DNA of 64,000 nucleotides. Source: an uncultured Chloroflexia bacterium. Its GTDB lineage: Bacteria; Chloroflexota; Anaerolineae; JAAYZQ01. The position numbers and the translations under genes were made by a program. This document shows, one piece after another, positions 1-10,532 of this stretch (positions within the stretch are counted from its first letter, which is position 1; each line of letters begins with the position of its first letter). The DNA lies in the NCBI GenBank assembly GCA_963700285.1, contig CAVOXA010000001.1, positions 352,001 to 416,000 of the forward strand, read 5' to 3'. The notes below the pieces were generated by a model. It worked only from the letters and a program-made list of their open reading frames with translations. It had not been told where the DNA came from and did not search any database.

Positions 1-297
1 CGCGAACACGCGCCGCTGGCCATGAAGGGGGCAGGCGTGAGTTGTGTCATAGCGCACAGCTTTGCCCGTATCTTCTATCGCAATGCCATCAACGTCGGCT
101 TGCCGATCCTGGAATCTCCGGAGGCTGTGGACGGTACAGAGCACGGACACCAACTGGAGATCGATCTGGAGGTAGGCAGGATTCACAACCTGAGCACAGG
201 AGAGGTTTATCAGGCTGAAGCCTATCCGCCCTTCATGATGAAGATCATCGCTGCTGGGGGGTTGGTGCCATACACCCAGTTGGGCCTGAGCGCGTAG
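1..297 (+). CDS. leuD: 3-isopropylmalate dehydratase small subunit (5' end outside window)
   Basis: Open frame from base 1 ([35 protein letters not shown]) carries the Leu[10 protein letters not shown] motif; upstream of leuB. Confidence 0.93.
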   Translation, partial: REHAPLAMKGAGVSCVIAHSFARIFYRNAINVGLPILESPEAVDGTEHGHQLEIDLEVGRIHNLSTGEVYQAEAYPPFMMKIIAAGGLVPYTQLGLSA

Positions 298-305
298 CAT
301 CAAGA

Positions 306-1439
306 ATGTCAACCACCCCAGGAGCAGAATACGTGATCGAACGAGACGAGAAAAATGATCTTGAAGAGTCTGGAGGACCTATCCGTATAGCCGTGCTAGC
401 CGGTGATGGTATCGGCCTCGAGGTGACCGACGAGGCCGAAAAGGTACTGCGCGCCGTTGGAGAGCGCTTTGGACATCAGTTCGAGTTGGTGCCTGGATTG
501 GTGGGCGGCGCTGCCATGGATGAGACTGGGGATCCACTGCCGGAAGAGACGCTAGCTTTGTGCCGGTCTTCCAGGGCGATCCTTTTTGGCGCGGTGGGCG
601 ATCCAAAGTATGACGATCCACAGGCAAACGCGAGACCGGAGCAGGCGCTCCTGGGTCTGCGCAAGGAACTGGGGTTGTTCGCCAACCTGCGCCCGGTGTG
701 GGTGCATCCTGATATGGCTGATTCTTCTCCTCTGAAACCCGAGTTGGTGCAGGGAGTGGACCTCATCGTCGTCCGTGAGCTGACCGGTGGCATCTACTTC
801 GGACAGCCCCGGACAGAGGGCGCTCAGCGGGCGGTGGATACGATGGTCTACACTTACGAGGAGGTTGAGCGCATTGCTCATGTCGCCTTTCGTATCGCCC
901 GGAGACGCCGGCGCAAGGTTACGTCGGTGGATAAGGCCAATGTGCTGGCCTGTTCGCGCCTCTGGCGCTGGACGGTTGATGCTGTAGCACAAGAGTACCC
1001 CGACGTCGTCCTGGAGCATCTGTTGGTAGATGCAACCACGATGCACCTCATCAATCGGCCCCGTGACTTTGACGTAATTGTCACCGGTAATATGTTCGGG
1101 GATATTCTGAGCGACGAAACGTCGGTGCTGGCCGGGTCAATGGGGCTGCTGCCGTCGGCTTCGCTCGGAGAGGGAAGCTCAGGCATGTACGAGCCGATCC
1201 ATGGCTCCGCGCCTGATATTGCCGGAAAGGGCATCGCCAATCCGTTGGCGGCTATCCTTAGCGCGGCCATGCTCCTGCGCCACTCACTGGATCTGGAGGC
1301 AGAAGCAGTTGCGGTAGAAAATGCCGTGAATGTCGTTCTCGCCGCCGGGCATCGCACGGTCGATCTTGCCCGTCCTGGCCAGAGGGCGGCTTCGACCCAG
1401 GAAATGGGTGACCTAGTCAGTGGTGTGCTAGGGGCTTGA
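306..1439 (+). CDS. leuB: 3-isopropylmalate dehydrogenase
   Basis: [48 protein letters not shown] motifs; start codon uncertain. Confidence 0.95.
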   Translation: MSTTPGAEYVIERDEKNDLEESGGPIRIAVLAGDGIGLEVTDEAEKVLRAVGERFGHQFELVPGLVGGAAMDETGDPLPEETLALCRSSRAILFGAVGDPKYDDPQANARPEQALLGLRKELGLFANLRPVWVHPDMADSSPLKPELVQGVDLIVVRELTGGIYFGQPRTEGAQRAVDTMVYTYEEVERIAHVAFRIARRRRRKVTSVDKANVLACSRLWRWTVDAVAQEYPDVVLEHLLVDATTMHLINRPRDFDVIVTGNMFGDILSDETSVLAGSMGLLPSASLGEGSSGMYEPIHGSAPDIAGKGIANPLAAILSAAMLLRHSLDLEAEAVAVENAVNVVLAAGHRTVDLARPGQRAASTQEMGDLVSGVLGA

Positions 1440-1449
1440 TGAACAAGCT

Positions 1450-1487
1450 GAGGACGAAGGATACAGGACACAGGATCCTTCGTCCTC
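1450..1487. repeat. Intercistronic perfect 13-bp inverted repeat (hairpin)
   Basis: GAGGACGAAGGAT (1450-1462) / ATCCTTCGTCCTC (1475-1487), 12-nt loop, no U-tract. Confidence 0.7.
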
Positions 1488-1569
1488 TACTTATCACTCC
1501 CTGTCACGTGGTGGCAGGAATGAAAATCTGAATCCAGACGAGCCGAGGCTCACAGGGAAGGAGAAGACG

Positions 1570-2499
1570 ATGGCAGATCACAAAGCAGAGAAGGTTTGGT
1601 TCAATGGAGAATTGGTTCCGTGGGACGAGGCGACAGTCCATGTCACAGCCCACGTGATGCACTATGGATCCAGCGTGTTCGAGGGGATTCGGGCCTATGC
1701 CAGCGAGGATGGCCCGGCAGTCTTTTGCCTGGACGCCCACATACTGCGTTTGTTCAACTCGGCCAAGATCTACCGCATGGAGATCCCGTACACCCCGGAA
1801 GAGATCAAACAGGCGATCCTGGACACCATCCTCGCCAACGGGCACAGCTCGTGCTACATCCGGCCCCTGGTATTCCGCGGGGCTGGATCGCTTGGTGTGA
1901 ATCCACTTGCCAGCCCGGTCGATACTGTCATTCTAACCTTTGAGTGGGGGGCCTATCTAGGTCCCGAAGCCATCGAGCAGGGGGTTGACGTGGGCGTGAG
2001 TTCGTGGCGGCGTATGGCGCCCGGTACCTTTCCCGCTGCAGCCAAGATCGGCGGGCAGTACATCAACTCACAGTTTATCACCATGGAGGCGGTCGGGCAC
2101 GGCTATGTGGAGGGCATCGCGCTGGACGTGAATGGTCTGGTCAGTGAAGGGAGTGGTGAGAACATCTTTGTGGTTTCCAATGGCACCATCGTCACTCCCT
2201 CCTTTGCTTCTTCTATCTTGCAGGGGATCACGCGGACCTGCGTGATCCAACTGTGTCAGGACCTGGGATACCCGCTGCGGGAGGAATCGATCCCCCGTGA
2301 GCTGCTCTACCTGGCCGATGAGGTGTTCTTTAGCGGTACTGCGGCCGAGATCACGCCTGTTCGTTCTATCGATAGAATTGCCATTGGCAGTGGCCGGCGC
2401 GGTCCCATCACTGAACATCTGCAGTCCGAGTTCTTTGGCATCACCCAGGGCAAGATCCCCGACCGTCATGGCTGGCTGACGCCGTGCCGAGCGGTTTAG
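1570..2499 (+). CDS. ilvE: Branched-chain amino acid aminotransferase
   Basis: [20 protein letters not shown] (PLP Lys), [23 protein letters not shown]; GGAG RBS. Confidence 0.95.
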   Translation: MADHKAEKVWFNGELVPWDEATVHVTAHVMHYGSSVFEGIRAYASEDGPAVFCLDAHILRLFNSAKIYRMEIPYTPEEIKQAILDTILANGHSSCYIRPLVFRGAGSLGVNPLASPVDTVILTFEWGAYLGPEAIEQGVDVGVSSWRRMAPGTFPAAAKIGGQYINSQFITMEAVGHGYVEGIALDVNGLVSEGSGENIFVVSNGTIVTPSFASSILQGITRTCVIQLCQDLGYPLREESIPRELLYLADEVFFSGTAAEITPVRSIDRIAIGSGRRGPITEHLQSEFFGITQGKIPDRHGWLTPCRAV

Positions 2500-2548
2500 A
2501 GGTGTTGTCCCCCAGGATGACTGCCAGTACTTTGGGAATGAGGAGCCT

Positions 2549-4114
2549 ATGACCCTCAAGCTTTATGACACAACCTTGCGCGATGGTAGCCAACGGGAGG
2601 GCATCTCGTTCTCAGTAGAGGACAAGCTCAAGATCGCCCGACAGTTGGACCGGTTGGGCATGAGTTACGTGGAAGGCGGCTGGCCTGGATCAAATCCCAA
2701 GGACATGGCCTTCTTTGAGCGGGCTCCTGATCTGCGCCTGGAACGAGCTGTCGTAACAGCTTTTGGCAGTACACGGCGGGCGGGCACAACGGCTGAGCAG
2801 GATGCCAACATTCAGGCTCTGCTTGCTGCTGGCACGCCTGCCGTGGCGGTGTTTGGCAAGAGCTGGGATCTTCATGTCCATCACGTGCTTGGCACCACGC
2901 TGGAAGAGAACCTACGTATGATCGCCGATAGTGTGCGCTATCTGAAAGCGCAAGGGCGCGAGGTGATCTACGATGCTGAGCATTTCTTCGATGGCTACGA
3001 CGCTGACCCAGCCTACGCGCTGCGGACATTGGCTGCGGCTGCTGAGGCTGGGGCTGACGTGCTGGTGTTGTGTGATACCAACGGCGGCGCGTTGCCCTCG
3101 GTCCTGGCTCATGTTGTCAGCCTGGTACAGCAAGCCACGACTACGCCCTTGGGCATCCATACGCACAATGACAGTGGGATGGGCGTGGCAAACGCCGTCG
3201 TAGCTGTCGAGCGGGGAGTTGTCCATGTACAGGGCACGATCAATGGCTACGGCGAGCGCTGTGGCAATGCTGACCTTTGTGCCATCATTCCAACCTTGAA
3301 GCTCAAGATGGGCCACGATTGTGTCACCGACGAGCAGTTGACCGGTCTGACTGAGACCGCCCGCTACGTCAGCGAGCTGGCAAACTTGAAATTGGATGCG
3401 CACCTGCCCTACGTCGGCCACAGCGCCTTTGCGCACAAGGGGGGAATGCACGTCAATGCCCTGGTAAAGTGCGAGGAGAGTTACCAGCATATCAAACCCG
3501 AACTGGTTGGCAACCAGTCGCGCGTCGTCGTGTCCGAGTTGTCGGGCAAGAGCAACATTGCCTACAAGGTAAGTGAGTTCGGTCTGGAGTTGGCCGGTGA
3601 AACCCAGCTGGCCCAGCCTATTCTGAGCCGTATCAAGGAATTGGAGAGCCAGGGGTTCCAGTTCGAGGGGGCAGAGGGATCCGTGGAGCTGCTCATCAGG
3701 CGGGCCCGGCCGGACTATGTCCCGCCCTTTGAGCTTTTGGATTTTCATGTCCTGGTGCATGGCAGTGAAGGGGCTAGCATGGCGGCTGAGGCGACGGTCA
3801 AGGTGCGGGTGGGCGATGAGGTGATGCACACAGCCGCCGATGGCAACGGCCCAGTCAATGCTCTGAATACCGCTGTCCGGAAAGCGTTGTTGCCTTTTTA
3901 TCCCGGACTGGCTGATGTCCACCTTATGGACTACAAGGTTCGTATCCTGGATAGTGAGGCAGGTACGGCGGCTCAGACCCGGGTACTGATAGACTCGGCC
4001 GAGGGGCACCGTACTTGGAGCACTGTCGGCAGTTCGACAAACATCATAGAGGCCAGTTGGCAGGCACTGGCTGACAGCCTGGAATACGCTTTGTTGAATG
4101 GTGGAAATGTTTGA
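2549..4114 (+). CDS. cimA: Citramalate synthase (DRE-TIM, bacterial CimA type)
   Basis: YDTTLRDGSQ, EGGWPGSNPKD, DAEHFFDG, HTHND, GERCGN, AFAHKGGMH, C-terminal GNGPVNAL regulatory domain. Confidence 0.88.
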   Translation: MTLKLYDTTLRDGSQREGISFSVEDKLKIARQLDRLGMSYVEGGWPGSNPKDMAFFERAPDLRLERAVVTAFGSTRRAGTTAEQDANIQALLAAGTPAVAVFGKSWDLHVHHVLGTTLEENLRMIADSVRYLKAQGREVIYDAEHFFDGYDADPAYALRTLAAAAEAGADVLVLCDTNGGALPSVLAHVVSLVQQATTTPLGIHTHNDSGMGVANAVVAVERGVVHVQGTINGYGERCGNADLCAIIPTLKLKMGHDCVTDEQLTGLTETARYVSELANLKLDAHLPYVGHSAFAHKGGMHVNALVKCEESYQHIKPELVGNQSRVVVSELSGKSNIAYKVSEFGLELAGETQLAQPILSRIKELESQGFQFEGAEGSVELLIRRARPDYVPPFELLDFHVLVHGSEGASMAAEATVKVRVGDEVMHTAADGNGPVNALNTAVRKALLPFYPGLADVHLMDYKVRILDSEAGTAAQTRVLIDSAEGHRTWSTVGSSTNIIEASWQALADSLEYALLNGGNV

Positions 4115-4144
4115 ACTGATGCGACCGTGTCGCTACTTCAGGGA

Positions 4145-4173
4145 TTGACAGGGCGTGGGCTTTGCTGTACAAT
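4145..4173 (+). promoter_or_regulatory. Sigma70-type promoter of the LeuA-like gene
   Basis: TTGACA (4145-4150), 17 nt, TACAAT (4168-4173). Confidence 0.75.
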
Positions 4174-4203
4174 CGTCAATGAAATGCCTCATCAGCGGAG
4201 GGT

Positions 4204-5880
4204 ATGATGGAGAGGGTCAGGATCTTTGATGCGACCTTGTATGGCGGTGGACAGGCGCCCGGTGTGGGTCTCGACATCGAGGAGAAGCTAGAAATCGCAC
4301 GCTTGCTGGAGCAGATGGGCATAGACGTCATCCAGGCAGGCTTTCCCATCTCCTCGCCACGGGCCTTCGAATCGGTGCAGAGACTTGCCCGAGAGATCCA
4401 AGACAGCGTGGTGTGTGCTCTGGCCCGCGCTCGACAGGAGGACATTGACGTTGCCCTTGCCGCCCTCAGGGGTGCGGCACAGCCGCGCATCCAGGTTGGG
4501 CTCGGTGTCTCTGACTCGTACGTCGTGGGCAAGCTTAAAAGCACGCGTGAGGCTGTGCTGTCTATGGGCGTCGACGCTGTCCGCTATGCGCGCCGCTATG
4601 TGGACGATGTACAATACTATGCCGCTGATGCCTGCCGGGCTGACATCGAGTACCTGTACGCTGTGTTGGAGGCCGTAATTGAAGCTGGGGCAGGAACGGT
4701 GAACATTGCAGATGCCATCGGCTTCTACATACCCTCCGAATGGGGTGCACTGATCTGCGGCATCCGAGAAAACGTGCCCAACATTGACAAAGCAATCATT
4801 TCGGTTCATTGCCACAATGACCTGGGCTTGGCTACGGCAAATGCGCTGGAGGCGCTGAACCATGGCGCCCGCCAGGTTGAATGTGCCGTCAATGGCATCG
4901 GAGAACGAACTGGCACGGCTCGCCTGGAGGAGATGGTGGTCGCCCTCAGGGCTCGAGGCTCAGTCCTGGGCCTGGACACCGGCGTCGAGTCGCATTTGAT
5001 CTACCCGCTCAGCCAGTTGGTCAGCCATCTGACAGGTCTTTCCATCCAGCCGACCAAGGCCATCGTGGGCGACAAAGCGTTCGCCTATACTTCGGGTATG
5101 TACCAAGATGGCGTGTTGCGGGGGCGGACCGATGGCGAGATTATCGATCCGGCGGAGATCGGAATTGTGGAAACACGGGATGGGGTTGCCCTGCTGACAG
5201 GGCGCCAAGGGCTGCGCCGCCGGCTGAGTGAGATGGGCTATAGTCTGGACGATGTGCAGTTTGAACAGATCTACAATCGGTTCCGGGCCATGGCCAAGAA
5301 AAAGCCTAACCTGGAGATTCGTGACCTGGAGGCCATCGTCAGTGGTGAGACGGCCCTGTTCCTGGAAGAGACCTATGAGTTGGAGCAGGTCCAGATCACC
5401 TGCGGTACCAATACGCTGCCCGTGGCCGCTGTTTGCCTGCGGGGTCCAGAGGAGGACCCGAGCTGGGCAACAAGCTATGGTAACGGCCCGGTGGATGCCA
5501 CCTTTAGGGCCATCGACCTTCTCGCTGGCGTGCCAAATGACTTGCTAGAGTACTCGGTGCAATCCATGACCGAAGGTGTGGACGCACTGGCCAATGTGGC
5601 GGTTCGGATCCAAGGAGAAATACCTGCCGCTGATTCGCGCCGGGCAGAAAAGCGCGTGTTCCTGGGCCGGGGCGTCGATACAGACATCTTGGTCGCCAGT
5701 GCAAAAGCCTATCTCTTTGCACTCAATCGTTTGCTGGCCGCAAGGCGAGCTACCAGCCGGCGACAGGTCATCACTGACGAGGTGAGACAAGCGCTGGAAG
5801 AGATGGACGCCCGGTATGGCACAGCGCATTCAGGTGACCTGATGGGCTGGAGTGCCCTGAGGGGGGAGGATCTGATCTGA
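4204..5880 (+). CDS. 2-isopropylmalate synthase (LeuA)-like protein with degenerate active site
   Basis: Full LeuA architecture (TIM barrel, linker, regulatory domain with GNGPVDA and DTDILVASAKAY), but DTTLRDGEQ is DATLYGGGQ and IEAGFP is IQAGFP. Confidence 0.85.
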   Translation: MMERVRIFDATLYGGGQAPGVGLDIEEKLEIARLLEQMGIDVIQAGFPISSPRAFESVQRLAREIQDSVVCALARARQEDIDVALAALRGAAQPRIQVGLGVSDSYVVGKLKSTREAVLSMGVDAVRYARRYVDDVQYYAADACRADIEYLYAVLEAVIEAGAGTVNIADAIGFYIPSEWGALICGIRENVPNIDKAIISVHCHNDLGLATANALEALNHGARQVECAVNGIGERTGTARLEEMVVALRARGSVLGLDTGVESHLIYPLSQLVSHLTGLSIQPTKAIVGDKAFAYTSGMYQDGVLRGRTDGEIIDPAEIGIVETRDGVALLTGRQGLRRRLSEMGYSLDDVQFEQIYNRFRAMAKKKPNLEIRDLEAIVSGETALFLEETYELEQVQITCGTNTLPVAAVCLRGPEEDPSWATSYGNGPVDATFRAIDLLAGVPNDLLEYSVQSMTEGVDALANVAVRIQGEIPAADSRRAEKRVFLGRGVDTDILVASAKAYLFALNRLLAARRATSRRQVITDEVRQALEEMDARYGTAHSGDLMGWSALRGEDLI

Positions 5881-5882
5881 AA

Positions 5883-6881
5883 ATGGAAGACTGGATGTTT
5901 GAAGAGGAATGGGAGTGGGATCCTGAGGAGGATGATCGGGTCTTGTACGAAATGGCCGAGGAACTCTCTGACCGTTTGTTCCTAAGCGACAACGACCTGC
6001 TGCCAGATGCTGGTGCCGACTATAACCTGGGCTACCTGGGCCCCGAGGACTGGTGGCCACTCTCGATCCAATTGGTCGAGATGGTAGACCTGGAGGCTAT
6101 CGTCGATCTGATGGAGGCCCTGAATGAGCAATTGGGTCTCCCTGACCTTCCCACGGAGATACTAGAGGCCCCCCTCAATTTTCTGACAAGTGTGCTGGAA
6201 GGCAACCTGCCCCTGGAGCCCTCAGGGCGACGCGTGGGTAGCCGGCGCCTGGTCAAGATCGCCCTGCTCATGACCCGCTTGCTGCGGGAATTTCCGGCCC
6301 CTGCACAGGCAGCGGTCCGCGCTTGGGCTGACGTGCACCGGAAGCTGGCCAATCACTATGACCTGCCCGACTTCCATGAGGAGGACATGGATGAGTTCTT
6401 GCTCGCACCTGATCTGCCCCCGGCAGTTGCGGGATTCAGCTTGATGTTGGCCATGACCTTGATGCGCTGGCCTGAGCGAGCTGAGGGTGTGCCCCTGCCT
6501 TCGGGCTTTCTCGACCCTGACCTGTACGACGAGGTGTATGCCCAGTGGGAGTCGTTGCCCGATAGCCCTACGGTAACAGAAGAAGGGGTGGGAGAGGCCG
6601 AGGCGCTTTTTGCTCAAGGTCAGCTCGCGCATGCTTTGGCTCAGTTGGGTACGGTTGAGGGACTGGATCCCGACGAGGCCGAGGATGGGGATGTGGCCGT
6701 GGCCTATTCTCGCCTGAGCCGGGCGATCCTATGGATGCATGACCAATGTCGCCATTGTCCTGAGCGCGAGGAGATTGCCTGCCGGGCAATTACTGACTGG
6801 CCTGAGCATCCGGTACTCCTCTTGGATGTGGCCAGTGAGATCTCTAATACGGGCCGGATCAAGGGCTGTGTGCGCATGTAG
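5883..6881 (+). CDS. Hypothetical acidic protein with C-terminal Cys/His cluster
   Basis: 332-aa ORF starting 2 nt after the upstream stop, GGAGG RBS; very D/E-rich; HDQCRHC..C..GC near C-terminus. Confidence 0.75.
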   Translation: MEDWMFEEEWEWDPEEDDRVLYEMAEELSDRLFLSDNDLLPDAGADYNLGYLGPEDWWPLSIQLVEMVDLEAIVDLMEALNEQLGLPDLPTEILEAPLNFLTSVLEGNLPLEPSGRRVGSRRLVKIALLMTRLLREFPAPAQAAVRAWADVHRKLANHYDLPDFHEEDMDEFLLAPDLPPAVAGFSLMLAMTLMRWPERAEGVPLPSGFLDPDLYDEVYAQWESLPDSPTVTEEGVGEAEALFAQGQLAHALAQLGTVEGLDPDEAEDGDVAVAYSRLSRAILWMHDQCRHCPEREEIACRAITDWPEHPVLLLDVASEISNTGRIKGCVRM

Positions 6882-7049
6882 GCATTCCCTACAGTCATGC
6901 GCGGCCCTCAACCTCGCACCGCCTTGATGGATCTGTTGCCGCAGTACGCCGACAGCCTTCTCGAATGCCCCTAGTCCTTGGGGATTCCGGGCCTTGATCC
7001 ACAAGATGTCGTATACTCAGGTTCTGATGTTGGCGACACTCTGACGAGG

Positions 7050-7078
7050 TTGACAGGACTACGATCACAGGCTATAAT
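7050..7078 (+). promoter_or_regulatory. Consensus sigma70 promoter
   Basis: TTGACA (7050-7055), 17 nt, TATAAT (7073-7078). Confidence 0.8.
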
Positions 7079-7129
7079 GACTTGCTTTTTGCCTTCTGTC
7101 TTCCGCTCTAGCCGGTCTTCTGTGAGACG

Positions 7130-7775
7130 ATGGATTCTTACGCATTGTTGGTGGTCGGACGCACCCAATCGTTGGCTGAGCATCTGCGCAGGACGCTCGA
7201 CGCGGAGCAATACCGCATCCGCTGGGTGCCCAGTACTGCCCAGGCGCAGGCGCTCGATTTTTGGCCCTCTCTGCTCGATCCTTGACCTGCCGCCTTCGGG
7301 TGGTGCCCGCAGCGTGCCGCGCCTGAAACTTCGCTTTGAGGTTCCCGTGTTGGCTCTGCTTCAGCCCGGTCAATCTGTTCCTGGCCAGGTGGATGCTTTC
7401 TTGCCCCGGCCTTTCACAGTGGACCAATTGGTCGAGGCGATCCAGGCGACCTTGATGGCTTATACGCCCCACGTTGTGCAAGCAAAGGGTATGTCTCTGG
7501 ACACGAGAACGAGACGGCTCCAGGTTGATGGTGTCTTCTACCAGCTTCCTCCCATCGCCTGCCAGATACTTGCTCTGCTCATGGCTCGGGCTGGCAAGGC
7601 CGTGCCGCGTGACGAATTGTTCCACCGTATCTGGCAAACAGACGACGGGGACAATACGCGGGTACTGGATGTGCATATCGCTCATCTCCGCCGTTTGCTC
7701 GAAGTCGATCCCCGCCGTCCAAAACTGATCCTCACGGAACGACGGGTCGGCTACCGCCTTCAACCCCCTGACTGA
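7130..7775 (+). CDS. OmpR-type response regulator (degenerate receiver plus winged helix), one apparent frameshift near 7276
   Basis: ATG 7130 frame MDSYALLVVGRTQSLAEHLRR joins ILDLPP...FLPRPF and wHTH RVLDVHIAHLRRLLE..P..ILTERRVGY in another frame. Confidence 0.75.
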
Positions 7776-7949
7776 CCGGCTGCAAATCTTCGGTCCATAT
7801 GCGCAGCGCCCAAGGGCACGGCAGCCTGGTATCTCTGTTAACCGTCTTGAAGGAACACTCAGATAGAAATGACTGTCGACAAACGGAACCGGTTGGCGCC
7901 AATGGAAAAGATAACGATCGAGCAAATGACCTCCTTTAGGAGATAGTAC

Positions 7950-9014
7950 ATGAGGATAATGATGAAGCATTGGGAAATATGTGTTGTGCTTGGACTGGGC
8001 TTTCTGGTTGCCACAGGGTCTTGGTTGGTGCTGAGCGAGGGGCTGTCAGCGCAACAGCAGGTCAGTGAGCCTGCCCCGCGAGTTCCACCCTTTGGAGGGA
8101 GTGGCAGATCGATGACCGAGGTGCTGGCCAGTCCCGAGCAGATCTACCTGCCTTTGGTTGCAAACCAGATCCCTCCGAATCTGCCCAAGATCGCCTTTGA
8201 GACGGCACGTGATGGCAACTATGAGATATACTTGATGAACCCTGACGGCTCAGAGCAAACCAACCTGACCAGGCATCCGGCCAAGGACGCGGCTCCTGCT
8301 TGGTCGCCCGATGGGCAGCGGCTCGCCTTTGTTTCTGATCGGGATGGGAACGAAGAGATCTATATCATGAACCGCGACGGTTCTGGGATCGTGCGCCTCA
8401 CCCATAACATAGATGCTCTCGATGGCTGGCCTACCTGGTCACCCGATGGGCTAAAGATCGCGTTCCAGTCGGATCGTAGCGGCGGCACGAAGCCCAAGTT
8501 CGACATCTATGTCATGAATGCCGATGGTTCTGGCCAGACAGCTCTTACGACCCACCCTGCCCATGACCGCTGGCCTGCCTGGTCGCCGGATGGTGCCTGG
8601 ATCACATTTACCTCCAATCGCCTTGTCGTAAAGAAGCTCTATCTGATGAGGCCTGATGGCAGCAGGCAGACATTGCTCTCGCAGCTCAATGTTGGTTACG
8701 ACGACCGTTACTCAACCTGGTCTCCAGATGGACGGATCACCTTCGTCTCTAGCCGCGAGGCGCCCAGTGACGGCAGTACGGATGAAGAGATCTATATGAT
8801 GGGGACGAATGGCTCGAACGTGCGGCAGCTCACCGACAACGATGCTGGGGACTGGCTGGCTCGCTGGGCGCCCGACGGCGCGCGGTTCGTATTCTACTCC
8901 GACCGGGATGGTGAATACCACAAGAATATCGTTGTCAAAATCCTATCCAGCTCGGCAGAGATCAGGCTCACTGACAATACGTGGAACGACGAGTACCCGG
9001 TCTGGTCACCGTAG
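7950..9014 (+). CDS. Secreted TolB-like PD40-repeat beta-propeller protein
   Basis: Signal-like N-terminus, IYLPLVA motif, repeated P-W-S-P-D-G..IAF.S.R and IY.MN.DGS units. Confidence 0.9.
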   Translation: MRIMMKHWEICVVLGLGFLVATGSWLVLSEGLSAQQQVSEPAPRVPPFGGSGRSMTEVLASPEQIYLPLVANQIPPNLPKIAFETARDGNYEIYLMNPDGSEQTNLTRHPAKDAAPAWSPDGQRLAFVSDRDGNEEIYIMNRDGSGIVRLTHNIDALDGWPTWSPDGLKIAFQSDRSGGTKPKFDIYVMNADGSGQTALTTHPAHDRWPAWSPDGAWITFTSNRLVVKKLYLMRPDGSRQTLLSQLNVGYDDRYSTWSPDGRITFVSSREAPSDGSTDEEIYMMGTNGSNVRQLTDNDAGDWLARWAPDGARFVFYSDRDGEYHKNIVVKILSSSAEIRLTDNTWNDEYPVWSP

Positions 9015-9028
9015 TGGGGGGGGCCGAG

Positions 9029-10471
9029 ATGATTGCACTGCCCCAGAAGGGGAAAACTGCCGAGAACGTTCTGTCGGCCATGGCAGATTTGCGCGAGAAC
9101 GATGCGAGGTGGCGGGAAGGTAGGACGTGGAGCCTGGTCTTTCACGCTGGCGACGAGATCGCAGACCTGCTCAAACAAGCCTACACCATGTTCTTCTCGG
9201 AGAATGGTCTGAATCCCATGGCTTTTCCCAGCCTCAAGAGGTTTGAAGCCGAAGTCGTGGCGATGACGGCGGATCTGTTGGGTGGCGACCAGGAGACGGT
9301 GGGGAACATGACTTCGGGGGGGACCGAGAGCATCCTGATGGCGGTCAAGACTGCCCGCGATTGGGCCCGCGCCAAAAAGCCGAGCGCTGCCGAGCCCGAG
9401 ATGATCTTGCCCGCGACTGCCCATCCAGCCTTTGAAAAGGCGGCCCATTACTTTGATGTCAGGCCGGTGCGTATCCCGGTCAGAGCTGACTTTCGAGCCC
9501 ATGTAGCTGCTGCCAAAGCTGCGGTCTCACCCAATACAATCCTGATGGCAGGCTCTGCTCCCTCCTATCCCCAAGGGGTCATCGATCCCATTGCCGAGCT
9601 GGCCCAGATCGCACAGGAACAAGGGATCCTGTTCCACGTGGATGCCTGTGTAGGGGGTTTTATGCTCCCCTTTGTACGAGATCTGGGCTATCCGGTGCCC
9701 GACTTTGATTTTCGCGTGCCCGGCGTCACCTCCATCTCCGTTGACCTGCACAAGTACGCCTATGCGGCCAAAGGATCGTCCCTGATCCTTTACAGGGATC
9801 CGGCCCTCCGCCGCTATCAGTTTTGTGTGCAGACCGATTGGTCTGGCGGCATCTATGCCTCACCCACGATGACGGGTACCCGGCCGGGTGGTGCCATCGC
9901 GGCCGCCTGGGCCATCATGAATCATCTGGGCAAAGCTGGGTACCTGGCGATAGCCGATACCGTCATGCAGGCAACGACAGAACTCAGGGATGGGGTCACG
10001 GCCATCGCTGGCGTAGAAGTCCTGGGCGACCCGGAGATGAGCATTCTGGCCATCGGCTCCGAGCGACTGAATGTCTATGAGATCGGGGACGAACTGACCC
10101 AGCGTGGTTGGCACCTGGACCGGCAGCAGCATCCGCCCAGCCTGCACTTGACTGTGACCTATGCCCACGCTCCCGTGGTCCCTCATTTCCTTCATGATCT
10201 CAACGAGGCGGTGGACCAGGCCAAGAAGCTGAGCAGAAACAGGTTGGCCAATTCCATTCAAGTAGGGTTGGTGCGAACAGCGGTGAGGTTGTTGCCTGAA
10301 AAGCTGGTGAGTGACCTCGCCGGACGCGCGTCGGCCTTGACGGGAACAGAAGGTGGCCAAATTCCTAGCCGCTCGGCGGCCATGTATGGCATGATGGCCT
10401 CTCTACCCAATCAGGGAGATATTGATGAACTGGTCCTTGACCTGTTGGATCAATTGACCCGGCTGGACTGA
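9029..10471 (+). CDS. PLP-dependent enzyme, sphingosine-1-phosphate lyase-like (group II decarboxylase fold)
   Basis: TSGGTESI, HPAFEKAAHYF, HVDACVGG, SVDLHKY (PLP Lys), GTRPGG; C-terminal AMYG. Confidence 0.85.
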   Translation: MIALPQKGKTAENVLSAMADLRENDARWREGRTWSLVFHAGDEIADLLKQAYTMFFSENGLNPMAFPSLKRFEAEVVAMTADLLGGDQETVGNMTSGGTESILMAVKTARDWARAKKPSAAEPEMILPATAHPAFEKAAHYFDVRPVRIPVRADFRAHVAAAKAAVSPNTILMAGSAPSYPQGVIDPIAELAQIAQEQGILFHVDACVGGFMLPFVRDLGYPVPDFDFRVPGVTSISVDLHKYAYAAKGSSLILYRDPALRRYQFCVQTDWSGGIYASPTMTGTRPGGAIAAAWAIMNHLGKAGYLAIADTVMQATTELRDGVTAIAGVEVLGDPEMSILAIGSERLNVYEIGDELTQRGWHLDRQQHPPSLHLTVTYAHAPVVPHFLHDLNEAVDQAKKLSRNRLANSIQVGLVRTAVRLLPEKLVSDLAGRASALTGTEGGQIPSRSAAMYGMMASLPNQGDIDELVLDLLDQLTRLD

Positions 10472-10532
10472 TTGACTTGGCCGCTAGGCTTGATCCCATC
10501 TCGAGTCCGTGCTGCACGGCGAGGGAGTGCCT

